From Bacillota bacterium (lineage in GTDB: Bacteria; Bacillota; Clostridia; Christensenellales; UBA1242), in assembly GCA_009787915.1 (NCBI GenBank), contig WQSK01000004.1:1-40846 (forward strand): DNA of 40,846 bases, written 5' to 3'. Below are positions 1-8,824 of the stretch, in pieces. The stretch's first letter is position 1, and every line of letters starts with the position of its first letter. The position numbers and the translations under genes were made by a program. The notes beneath the pieces are model-generated. The model searched no databases and was not told the origin of the DNA. It worked only from the letters and a program-made list of their open reading frames with translations.

Positions 1-682
1 CACCACCTTCAAAACCCGCGTCACCACCCCAAGTCCTGGCTCTCCTGCCCCGCCGAATAGTGTATACACCTTCACCATCGCTATCTAAAAACGCACCAGC
101 GCGTCCGCCAAGCCGCAATCGGTTGGCCTCGTGCGACATGCCACGGAAAATTGCCCCCGATGCACCGCCGCCGTCCGAGCCACCCGTTGCACGGTTTAGG
201 GCCTGGAACACAATTTGGTTAAGTTGCAACCCAACCAAAACGGCTGCAGTCACAAACAACATTGTTATCATCCCGCGAAACATTCTGAAAACAATCATGT
301 ACGGGTTGCCACCAGTTTTGTCCTTGATTTGTTCGCGAATGATTTGAATAATTGTAAAGAACATAATCAATGCCACGGCCACGATAATCATGTTTTGGAA
401 AAGGTTCCTAACGATACCGTGCTGTAAAAACACGGAAATAATATCATCGTCAAGTATTTGGTCACCTGGCTGACCGCCAACACCAACTTGGTCAGGAGAA
501 AAGGTACCGTCTGGTGCATTGCGTGCAACATAAACAGGACCAAGACCCGCCAGCCCCATAAATACGTCCTCTACCATATCAACAATAATTGTAAAGAAAA
601 TCCAAAACGGGTAAAAAATGTTGCCAAAGACAAAGCCCACCACATCGCCGAGCGGTCCAAGCAACAATCTCCCCAGATTCAT
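1..682 (-). CDS. Partial polytopic membrane protein (runs off left edge) resembling Mbov_0396-family / VirB6-like ICE transmembrane proteins
   Basis: Not in the ORF track because it has no stop in the window. My translation from ATG 682: MNLGRLLLGPLGDVVGFVFGNIFYPFWIFFTIIVDMVEDVFMGLAGL...RNLFQNMIIVAVALIMFFTIIQIIREQIKDKTGGNPYMIVFRMFRGMITMLFVTAAVLVGLQLNQIVFQALNRATGG, open to base 1. Family assignment is from recalled pattern only. Confidence 0.6.
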   Translation of the reverse strand, partial: MNLGRLLLGPLGDVVGFVFGNIFYPFWIFFTIIVDMVEDVFMGLAGLGPVYVARNAPDGTFSPDQVGVGGQPGDQILDDDIISVFLQHGIVRNLFQNMIIVAVALIMFFTIIQIIREQIKDKTGGNPYMIVFRMFRGMITMLFVTAAVLVGLQLNQIVFQALNRATGGSDGGGASGAIFRGMSHEANRLRLGGRAGAFLDSDGEGVYTIRRGRRARTWGGDAGFEGG

Positions 683-688
683 AGTTCA

Positions 689-717
689 ATATTAGAACAA
701 AAAAAAACCCACGTCAA
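689..717 (-). promoter_or_regulatory. Sigma70/SigA-like promoter, leaderless geometry
   Basis: TTGACG-17 nt-TAATAT, then 6 nt to ATG 682; no SD. Confidence 0.65.
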
Positions 718-754
718 TATTTTTGGCATGGATTTTTGTTTTAATTACAAAGAA

Positions 755-1792
<1,038 letters not shown>

Positions 1793-1830
1793 TTACAACA
1801 TCTATTATATATATGTAAAATGATTTTGTT

Positions 1831-2502
1831 ATGAAATACAAAACAGAAACACATTTGCATACCTCAGAGTCCAGCCCTTGCGGTTTTATGACCGCCAAAG
1901 AAATGGTACAGGCATACAAAAACGCGGGTTATAAAACCGTCATCATCACAGACCATGTTTACGAATACCCGTACCGCAATATGACGGATAAGACTTGGGA
2001 TGAAAAGATAGACTACTCTATGACGGGTTTCAAAAATGCCAAGGCACACGGCGACAAAATCGGTGTCAATGTTTTGTTTGCAATCGAAATCGTTTGCGAA
2101 GACAATGACCATATATTATATGGAATTACCGAGAAACTCTTGCGCTCGACCCCGAATATATACGAGATGACAATGCAGAACTTGAAAAACTTCGCCGACA
2201 AAAACAACATCTTGGTTGTCCAAGCCCACCCGTTTAGAACTTGTAGCACTACCCCACGGGCGCACGAATATGGTTTCGGAGCCGAGGTATACAACGGACA
2301 ATACGACAAAAGACACAGACAATGTTACGACAGCGCAATGGAATACGCAGGAGCACATGGTTTGTTAAAAACCAGTGGCTCTGACGCCCACGAACCTGAC
2401 GATATCGCACGCGGAGGCATGATATCAAAAACCGAAATCAAAACAATGGACGATTTTATTGAACTTGTAAAAAGTGGTTCGGGCGAACTTATCACATCTT
2501 AA
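1831..2502 (+). CDS. PHP-domain metal-dependent phosphoesterase
   Basis: ETHLHT, ITDH, AHPFR, EVYNG, GSDAH motifs. Confidence 0.9.
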   Translation: MKYKTETHLHTSESSPCGFMTAKEMVQAYKNAGYKTVIITDHVYEYPYRNMTDKTWDEKIDYSMTGFKNAKAHGDKIGVNVLFAIEIVCEDNDHILYGITEKLLRSTPNIYEMTMQNLKNFADKNNILVVQAHPFRTCSTTPRAHEYGFGAEVYNGQYDKRHRQCYDSAMEYAGAHGLLKTSGSDAHEPDDIARGGMISKTEIKTMDDFIELVKSGSGELITS

Positions 2503-3302
2503 CTGATTGCCACACAGTCTGTTTTATCACCCAAAAGATTATACCTTATAACTGTTGGTATCGCTTGTTTGAACGTACTTTTTTTGTATATATCCAACCA
2601 CGTTTGTTCCTCTGTAAAATCAGAACCGACAACCAAAGTTTCTTCACCAGAGCCCAAGTCTTTTACAAACATTGTTTCATCATGCACAGGTATCGTAGCC
2701 TGACCATTTTTCATTCTTGTTTGCAAGATAGAATCAACAACATCGGATTCATGCCTGCCGTCCGCCCATGGTTTTTGTTTGGATTTATAATGAGGCAAAA
2801 TCATCTCGCTCTTTAACAAACCGATACCATCGTACGTATCGGTATCCAAACCAAAGTGGTTTGCCTCGGGGTTATCATAAACACTGACTGTGCTTAAATC
2901 ATCTGTTGTTGAAACTATACCCGCGCTGGCTCCGACCCAGAGTAAATCTGGGTTTTCAATATTTGCATGTGCCCATTCTGAAAAACCAGATACTTTCATC
3001 AAGCGTGACAAGTCAAAACTGTTACCACCCTCTACATAAATAGTTTTTGCCTTTTCCAAAGCCCTGAACAAATCACCTGGCTTACCTAAGTAATCTTGCA
3101 AACTCAAAACTTCTATAGAAAATTTGCCTTTCGATTTCAAATTACGCAATTTGTTTTGTGCCTTAATACTGCAATAAGAGTTATCGTCCAATGCATCTAA
3201 ACCATCTGGAATATAGAAAAGTTCATTTCCAAACTTCTCTCTGTGACCCATTGTGTATTGCTTCAAGAACTTTATATTTCTTGGTGCCGTTATTATTTTC
3301 AT
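2499..3302 (-). CDS. Peptidase S51 (PepE/cyanophycinase-like, class I glutamine amidotransferase fold)
   Basis: YVEGGNSFDL, nucleophile motif WVGASAG, GIGLL...LPHY; SD AAGGGG upstream. Confidence 0.8.
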   Translation of the reverse strand: MKIITAPRNIKFLKQYTMGHREKFGNELFYIPDGLDALDDNSYCSIKAQNKLRNLKSKGKFSIEVLSLQDYLGKPGDLFRALEKAKTIYVEGGNSFDLSRLMKVSGFSEWAHANIENPDLLWVGASAGIVSTTDDLSTVSVYDNPEANHFGLDTDTYDGIGLLKSEMILPHYKSKQKPWADGRHESDVVDSILQTRMKNGQATIPVHDETMFVKDLGSGEETLVVGSDFTEEQTWLDIYKKSTFKQAIPTVIRYNLLGDKTDCVAIS

Positions 3303-3325
3303 ATTTATATCCCCTTAATATCATC

Positions 3326-3368
3326 AAAAAAAATCTGCTTTTGCATTTAACGCTCAAGCAGATTTTTT
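3326..3368 (-). terminator. Intrinsic terminator in the 5' leader of the S51 peptidase (possible attenuator)
   Basis: Minus strand AAAAAATCTGCTT-loop-AAGCAGATTTTTTTT, ~24 nt before ATG 3302. Confidence 0.7.
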
Positions 3369-3407
3369 GTTCCTTTTTATTTTAAATTAATTATAATTTT
3401 TATTTTT

Positions 3408-3491
3408 TTACCGCAGAAACCCAAAACCCGCACGTCCGCCGACGAGCCAAATAAACCGAATATAGAGTTTCTTACAGGTTTTCAATTCCAT
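3408..3491 (-). CDS. Putative 27-aa leader peptide MELKTCKKLYIRFIWLVGGRAGFGFLR
   Basis: ATG 6 nt after TATAAT (3498-3503) with TTGACA at 3523-3528; GC-richer than flanks; followed by terminator. Confidence 0.5.
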   Translation of the reverse strand: MELKTCKKLYIRFIWLVGGRAGFGFLR

Positions 3492-3524
3492 ATATATATT
3501 ATATACCACAATAGATACAATTTG

Positions 3525-3713
3525 TCAATGATTTTTTCGGCGTCTGCCCCTAATAATATCAAGATTGTGTCTAAGGAGCCCCAAAAACTCAGACAGTTCC
3601 ATAAGTTGGTGTTCATCCAAACAATTGGCGAGCGCCGTCGCCGTCACACCCGCTTGTGCAATCAGGCATTCGCCGCTTTTTATATCACGTTGTTGTTTAT
3701 TTTCATTACTCAT
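3525..3713 (-). CDS. Small hypothetical protein (62 aa; DUF6774-like amphipathic pattern)
   Basis: Start reset to ATG 3713, 6 nt after TATAAT; ECLIAQAGVTATALANCLDEHQLMELSEFLGLL resembles small Clostridia proteins from memory. Confidence 0.55.
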   Translation of the reverse strand: MSNENKQQRDIKSGECLIAQAGVTATALANCLDEHQLMELSEFLGLLRHNLDIIRGRRRKNH

Positions 3714-3730
3714 TAGGTCATTATATATGA

Positions 3731-4738
3731 TTACTCTGTAACTTGGCACTTTGCAATTGCCGAACCAATCTTTTCTGACAAAGACATAGCCCCCATTTTC
3801 GATGCCTGCAAGATTGCCGTTGCGATTGCGCTTGGTCCGCTGTTCCCGTGTGCTTTTAAAAGCGGTTTTTTCACACCCAAGAATATCGCCCCGCCCTTTG
3901 CATCTTCACCAAGTCGCTTTTTCATTTTAAGCAACCTTGGTGCAACCAAAATCTTTCCGACTACCGAACCTTTAAGTGCGGATTTTAGTTCTTTGGAAAA
4001 CAACTTGGCGGTTCCTTCCAGGGTTTTTAACAAAACGTTTCCAACAAACCCGTCAGCAACGACTATGTCACATTTTCCCATTACAACGTCGCGAGCCTCT
4101 ATGTTTCCAACAAAATTAAGACCCGACTCTTTTAACAACTTGAATGTTTCAAGGGTTAATTCGTTTCCTTTTTCGTCCTCGGCACCAACCGAGAGCAAAC
4201 CAACGCGTGGTTTTTCCAAACCTTTTTCCCTTGCATAAATATCGGCCATAACCGCAAAGTGCAACAAGTTGATTGGCTTGCAATCCATGTTTGCCCCCAA
4301 ATCCAAAACCATAACACCTTTTCTATCTATAGTAGGTAAACTCGCACAAAGCGCAGGACGGGAAACCCCCGCTATCCGCCCAAGTTTCATAAACCCACCC
4401 GTGAGCAAAGCCCCCGTGCTTCCTGCCGATACCATAGCAGAACAATCTTCACGGCTCTTAAGTGCCTCGACACCTTTGACAATTGAACTGTCGGGTTTGG
4501 TTCGGATTGCTTGGGCTGGATGCTCGTTCATCTCTATATTTACAGTTGTATGAATGACCTCTACTCGACCCGAGTTTATAAACTCACCCATGTTTTTATA
4601 GTCACGAATTTTTTGCTCGTCACCAACGAGTACAAGTTTCAATGCTTTGTCGCTATCCAATGCCGACATCGCTGCGGGAAGTGTCGCCATCACACCATTG
4701 TCCCCACCTAAACAATCAAGAATTACTTTTGTTTCCAC
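3731..4738 (-). CDS. plsX: Phosphate acyltransferase PlsX
   Basis: LDCLGGDN, VSAGSTGA, RPAL, LDLGAN, VADGFVGNVLLK, KAHGNS. Confidence 0.97.
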   Translation of the reverse strand: METKVILDCLGGDNGVMATLPAAMSALDSDKALKLVLVGDEQKIRDYKNMGEFINSGRVEVIHTTVNIEMNEHPAQAIRTKPDSSIVKGVEALKSREDCSAMVSAGSTGALLTGGFMKLGRIAGVSRPALCASLPTIDRKGVMVLDLGANMDCKPINLLHFAVMADIYAREKGLEKPRVGLLSVGAEDEKGNELTLETFKLLKESGLNFVGNIEARDVVMGKCDIVVADGFVGNVLLKTLEGTAKLFSKELKSALKGSVVGKILVAPRLLKMKKRLGEDAKGGAIFLGVKKPLLKAHGNSGPSAIATAILQASKMGAMSLSEKIGSAIAKCQVTE

Positions 4739-4774
4739 TTGACAAGGTTATCATATACGTGTTATGTTTGTCAA
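4739..4774. promoter_or_regulatory. Mirror-symmetric overlapping divergent promoters for plsX and rpmF
   Basis: Plus: TTGACA(4739)-18-TATGTT(4763) with TGn extension. Minus: TTGACA(4774)-18-TAACCT(4750) with TGn extension, then 6 nt to GTG 4738. Confidence 0.65.
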
Positions 4775-4791
4775 ATAAAGGAGTACCAAAC

Positions 4792-4989
4792 ATGGCAGTA
4801 CCAAAAACCAAGACCTCGAAATCCAAAAAGCGCACAAGGAGTGCCGCTAATTTCAAAGCGCACGCAAGGGCAACAAGCGAATGCCCACATTGTCACGAAC
4901 AAAAACAACCACACCGTGTTTGCAAAGCCTGTGGTTATTATAAAGGCGCAAAAGTTCTTGAAGTAGAAAAAGAAAAGAAAAAAGATTAA
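4792..4989 (+). CDS. rpmF: 50S ribosomal protein L32 (zinc-ribbon type)
   Basis: MAVPKTKTSKSKKRTR, CPHC...PHRVCKACGYYKG; SD AAGGAG before ATG 4792. Confidence 0.97.
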   Translation: MAVPKTKTSKSKKRTRSAANFKAHARATSECPHCHEQKQPHRVCKACGYYKGAKVLEVEKEKKKD

Positions 4990-5026
4990 CCAGCGTACCG
5001 CTGGACCTAGTTGCTACGCGTACATT

Positions 5027-5059
5027 AAAAATACCCCAGTTAATCGCGGGGCATTTTTT
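5027..5059. terminator. Bidirectional intrinsic terminator
   Basis: AAAAATACCCC-loop-GGGGCATTTTTT between convergent genes; a small CCAGCG/CGCTGG hairpin at 4990-5004 precedes it. Confidence 0.75.
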
Positions 5060-5074
5060 GTTGTATAAAAAACT

Positions 5075-7363
5075 TTAGACGCCCAATGTGTCGTCGACTT
5101 CTGTGGCGGCCCTGCCCATACCTGCGGTGCCGTCAAGAAACCGCTCGCAACTCTTTTCACCTTTTTCGGCAAGAAGGGCCTTAAGTTCCCCGACCTCGTC
5201 AACGGTTCCGCCCGTTCCATCCGTGAGCCTTGGTCCGCCGTTCATCTCGTCACGTTTTTTCATAATGAGTTCTTTTAATCGCGGTGAAAAACCTGTTGTA
5301 GAAGCAGGTCGTCTGTATCTTGGGTGCGACATATCGCGACGTTCTTTTATATCTTTGACTACGACATTTATGATGTGTTTTATATTTTGCTCGGTGTTTG
5401 CGGTGTTGTGTCGCAAATGTTTTACAAGGTCAGGGGTCTGAATATCGGTTACGCCCCTTGCAAGGTCGGCAGATTCTTCAACATACTCTCTCATACTTTC
5501 AAATCCGTTCGCGGTTCCATTTCGTTTAAGTTTTTCTGCGAGAAACGCTTTTTTCTCGCCAATTCTTTTGATTCCTGCAATATCGCTTGTGACGTTGGCG
5601 CGTGCCTCGTCCGATAATCCGCTGTCAGGGAGTTCCAACCACCTGCCCAAAACAACAAGGTACTCATCCAACAACGCACTGACATGAAGGACTTGGAGTT
5701 CACTGTTTTTTTGTTCCTCGGTAATCGGTTGGTCGAGGACATCTACAGGCGGAGGGTCGTCTGGTGGGTCCAAAACATCATCGGGGTCGGCGGGGTCAAG
5801 CGGGTCGGGCGCATCAATATCGTCATCGGCGGAATCATCAACATCAGTACCACCCGTTCCAAAGTCGCCAAAGTCACCCAAATCAAATATTTCGTCGTCA
5901 TCCGTTGTTAAATCATGGTCCCTCAAATATTGCTCGATTTTATTTTTCGCATCTTGCCTATCAAGATAATCCAACACAACAATGGCATTATTAAGTTGCT
6001 CACTATACGTGACAATCAACTTTTTGTTCTTAATCGCATCTGAACACGCTGTAAAAAAGTCGTCGTCATAAGCCCCCAACCCTGCATAGTTTTCACCATC
6101 AATTTCAGAAAGCGCGCTCACGTCTATAAGTCCCAAATACCAAACTATATCTGTGTCGTCTATGGTGACGATACTTGACTGGTTTCTTCTATCCATCAAT
6201 TCACGATAGTCGTGTATTCTTTGTTTTGTTTCCCTGACTGTGTTCAAGAGTGCCTGTGTCGCCAATTCCTCCGCGGTCAAAGGTGGGGTTTCAACATCCG
6301 CGGGGGCAAGGTCGGGCAGGTCAGTCCCAAGCAATTCATCATCACCATAATAATCAAAAAGAGGCCTGTCTATCATTACCTTGTCGAACTTAATATAATA
6401 CTGCCATGGTTTAATTACCGCAGTTCCATAGGGTTGAGGCATAGCGTCAACATTACCCACCTCCAAATTTCCTGTGAATCCGCTGGCATTGGGTTGCGGT
6501 TCTTCGATTGGTCCTTGCGCCAATTTCGCGTGCATAGAATCAAATAACTCTGGGTGTTGTTTTTCCAAAACATAAGAGGTCGGACTCCCCTCCCTTAACA
6601 AATCCGCGAGCGCATCAAAAGAATGTGTTCCCGTTTCATTAACCACGTCCAAAAAGTTTTTGTCCCTATCAAAAGATATTAAAACTGAGCCGTTTAAACT
6701 TAAATCTGTTCCTTTGTAAAACCAAAGCCTAAGGGTAAAAATTGTATCTTCTGGTTTTTCGCCCTGAACCTCAACAAGGTCGTCGGCATAAGACAAATAT
6801 GGTTCCAACCGCGCACTTTGTTCTTCGGTAAGTTTCACGTTTTCAAGTTCAACCCTAAGGTGATGGATATTAAAGTTTTCATCCTTCATCAGTTTGTTTA
6901 TGATATCGTTTAATTCGTCATCGGTTATTGATTTTGTCGTAGGCTCGTTTGATTTAAGGGTTTCAAGCAACTTTGGTTCATGTCGCAAAAGATATAAATA
7001 AACTGGGTGATTTTCTGGCAAAAGATTCAGGTCAACAATACCCCAAAGACCCGAGATACTCTCGATTTTGCCATTAGCAATGTTTATGGTCCACGGTATG
7101 TAATTTTCAGGTGCACTCCCCCATGAGTTCTGATGGATAGTAATCGAACTACTATTGACACCATCTGCAATGGAAACTCTGTTCCCTCCCTCATGGGTAA
7201 GATACCGTTCTAAAATCCTTTCTTGCTTCTCTGTCAGGGTTGCACCGTCCCCAAGTTTTGCAACTTCATCTCGCGCAAAACCATATGGTGTCCGACCCTC
7301 GGTTTCACGGCGCATAATCTTTTCGACAAGTCCGTCAATAAATTCGTTTGTTACTTCTGCCAC
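5075..7363 (-). CDS. Large acidic hypothetical protein with tandem N-terminal repeat and Asp/Pro-rich linker
   Basis: Long ORF; start reset to GTG 7363, 7 nt after TTGCAA-17-CATACT, which removes the overlap with the opposite gene. Confidence 0.75.
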   Translation of the reverse strand: MAEVTNEFIDGLVEKIMRRETEGRTPYGFARDEVAKLGDGATLTEKQERILERYLTHEGGNRVSIADGVNSSSITIHQNSWGSAPENYIPWTINIANGKIESISGLWGIVDLNLLPENHPVYLYLLRHEPKLLETLKSNEPTTKSITDDELNDIINKLMKDENFNIHHLRVELENVKLTEEQSARLEPYLSYADDLVEVQGEKPEDTIFTLRLWFYKGTDLSLNGSVLISFDRDKNFLDVVNETGTHSFDALADLLREGSPTSYVLEKQHPELFDSMHAKLAQGPIEEPQPNASGFTGNLEVGNVDAMPQPYGTAVIKPWQYYIKFDKVMIDRPLFDYYGDDELLGTDLPDLAPADVETPPLTAEELATQALLNTVRETKQRIHDYRELMDRRNQSSIVTIDDTDIVWYLGLIDVSALSEIDGENYAGLGAYDDDFFTACSDAIKNKKLIVTYSEQLNNAIVVLDYLDRQDAKNKIEQYLRDHDLTTDDDEIFDLGDFGDFGTGGTDVDDSADDDIDAPDPLDPADPDDVLDPPDDPPPVDVLDQPITEEQKNSELQVLHVSALLDEYLVVLGRWLELPDSGLSDEARANVTSDIAGIKRIGEKKAFLAEKLKRNGTANGFESMREYVEESADLARGVTDIQTPDLVKHLRHNTANTEQNIKHIINVVVKDIKERRDMSHPRYRRPASTTGFSPRLKELIMKKRDEMNGGPRLTDGTGGTVDEVGELKALLAEKGEKSCERFLDGTAGMGRAATEVDDTLGV

Positions 7364-7370
7364 TGTGCAT

Positions 7371-7446
7371 AGTATGCCACATTTTTCGGCTTTTTGCAAC
7401 TGATTTCTTCGTGATAATTGACTTTTGTCGAAAAGTGTGTTATTAT
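7371..7446. promoter_or_regulatory. Back-to-back SigA-like promoters
   Basis: Minus TTGCAA(7399)-17-CATACT(7376); plus TTGACT(7418)-17-TATTAT(7441); both with TGn extended -10. Confidence 0.65.
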
Positions 7447-7454
7447 GAAACCCA

Positions 7455-7991
7455 ATGAAGGGGCTAATCATTTTTTGCATTCTATTATTTGTGGCGTCAA
7501 TAGCCCCACTTTTTTCATGGGGCAAGAGTTACGACGACGTCATAGCCACCGCCGCCCAAATGTTCGGCATAGAGGAACACGAGTTCGAGATTAACCTAAC
7601 CCGAGGTCGCGTAGTAAATGCGGCAGGCGAAAACGTAAGCGGAACCTTCCGCCTCTGTGTCCGCGTTACCGAGTACAATCGGGTCTACGGTGTCTATGTA
7701 ATAAACGTTCGTCAAACTTTTTCCCGTCCAATGACGATACAAACAATCTTCCACGAATTTGCACACGCGGCGCAACACAAGTTCCGACTCTGTTTCGGCG
7801 GACTCCACCGCGAACAACACGCCGAGTTATTGGCTTTCAACAAAATGTGGCACGGCGGTTTTTGGTGGGACGCCCTGCATATGCTCGGGGTTCACGGACT
7901 TCGCTTGAAGCCAAGTGATTACCTTGTCCCCCGCCAAATCATGCGCACGATGCTAACGGGCGAAATCACAACACCTATAAATTTTGTCTAG
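7455..7991 (+). CDS. Secreted or membrane-anchored zinc metallopeptidase-like protein
   Basis: N-terminal hydrophobic signal; FHEFAHAAQ (HEXXH) with downstream Glu in REQHAE. Confidence 0.65.
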   Translation: MKGLIIFCILLFVASIAPLFSWGKSYDDVIATAAQMFGIEEHEFEINLTRGRVVNAAGENVSGTFRLCVRVTEYNRVYGVYVINVRQTFSRPMTIQTIFHEFAHAAQHKFRLCFGGLHREQHAELLAFNKMWHGGFWWDALHMLGVHGLRLKPSDYLVPRQIMRTMLTGEITTPINFV

Positions 7992-8188
7992 GGGAATCCG
8001 CGTGCGAAAGGGTGAGGGCAGTCGCATATGTACTTTTACAGTTTGAGAATCTTTCTTGAAAAATCGCATTTTCACTCTTGATCCATATTTTTGTTTTCAA
8101 GGCGAAAATAGTGATTTTACCAAGAAAGGCTCAAACCATATAAAAGTACATATGCGACTGCCCTCACCCTTTCGCACGCGGATTCCCC
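7991..8188. repeat. 198-bp palindromic element (copy A) with perfect 48-bp terminal inverted repeats
   Basis: 7991-8038 is the exact reverse complement of 8141-8188; the interior continues pairing with bulges. Confidence 0.95.
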
Positions 8189-8232
8189 GCAAACCTTTGA
8201 CAATATGAATTGGCACGTGCTATTATTTTGAC

Positions 8233-8706
8233 ATGTCTGTTGGGGAAAAAGAAGAAAAGGAAAAACTGGTCGAAGCCACAATTGTCGCCGTGCAATCGAG
8301 TTTTATAGAAAATAGGCTCTTTTACGACGAGGTCTTGGTACGATTCAAAGTAGATGAAACAACACAACTGAAAATGTTTAACAGTCCGCTCTTGGAAGCA
8401 GACGATATAAGGCTTTGGCGCAGAATTGTTTTGACCGCCGTAACGGGAAATGAAACAAGTCCCATCGCCCGCGCTGTAAATTTTTTCAAAGACTATAAAT
8501 CCACCCTTATGGGGAAAAAAGTTTTGGTTTCATGGATTGACCATGATGTTTGGGGTATCGGAAAAACCGATGACAAAATGTTCTATCCTGGTCAGCACGG
8601 TCTTTGGGGTGACGATGACGAAGAAACATCGCTTAACCTGAGCACATATGCAAACGAAAATGTCACACCAATAACCGACGCCCCAGAAACCCCTCCCGTA
8701 ATTTAA
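8233..8706 (+). CDS. Hypothetical protein
   Basis: 157-aa ORF preceded by TTGACA-18-TATTAT-6 nt-ATG. Confidence 0.7.
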   Translation: MSVGEKEEKEKLVEATIVAVQSSFIENRLFYDEVLVRFKVDETTQLKMFNSPLLEADDIRLWRRIVLTAVTGNETSPIARAVNFFKDYKSTLMGKKVLVSWIDHDVWGIGKTDDKMFYPGQHGLWGDDDEETSLNLSTYANENVTPITDAPETPPVI

Positions 8707-8824
8707 ACCTAAAAAGGCATTTACTACTTTAATAAAATATCTATGATAAATAGTCTTGAGGCTATTTTAGGGAAAAGATTGCAAACTACAAAATTATACT
8801 CGCGTACCCTTGCTCACCCTTTTT
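8707..8824 (-). repeat. Truncated copy (C) of the palindromic element family
   Basis: Minus strand reads AAAGGGTGAG...TTTTGTAGTTTGCAATCTTTTCCCTAAAATAGCCTCAAGACTATTTAT, matching copy B core TTTTACAGTTTGCAATCTTTTTCCGAAAATCGCTTCAAGACAATTTAT and copy A arm AAAGGGTGAG. Confidence 0.75.

Noticed and set aside
2499-2502. TTAA shared-stop overlaps (also 12519-12522) as insertion target sites
   Set aside because: Explained by convergent TAA stops in a compact genome; no flanking element.
7364-7525. N-terminal extensions in the ORF track (816-aa ORF, also rpmF, uvrC, mnmE, ftsH, ispG, methylase)
   Set aside because: They run through promoters or neighbouring genes; homology motifs and promoter spacing support downstream starts.
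7991-8188. CRISPR array or simple terminator interpretation of the palindromes
   Set aside because: No direct repeat-spacer series and no cas genes; the stems are far longer than terminators and lack U tracts at their ends.
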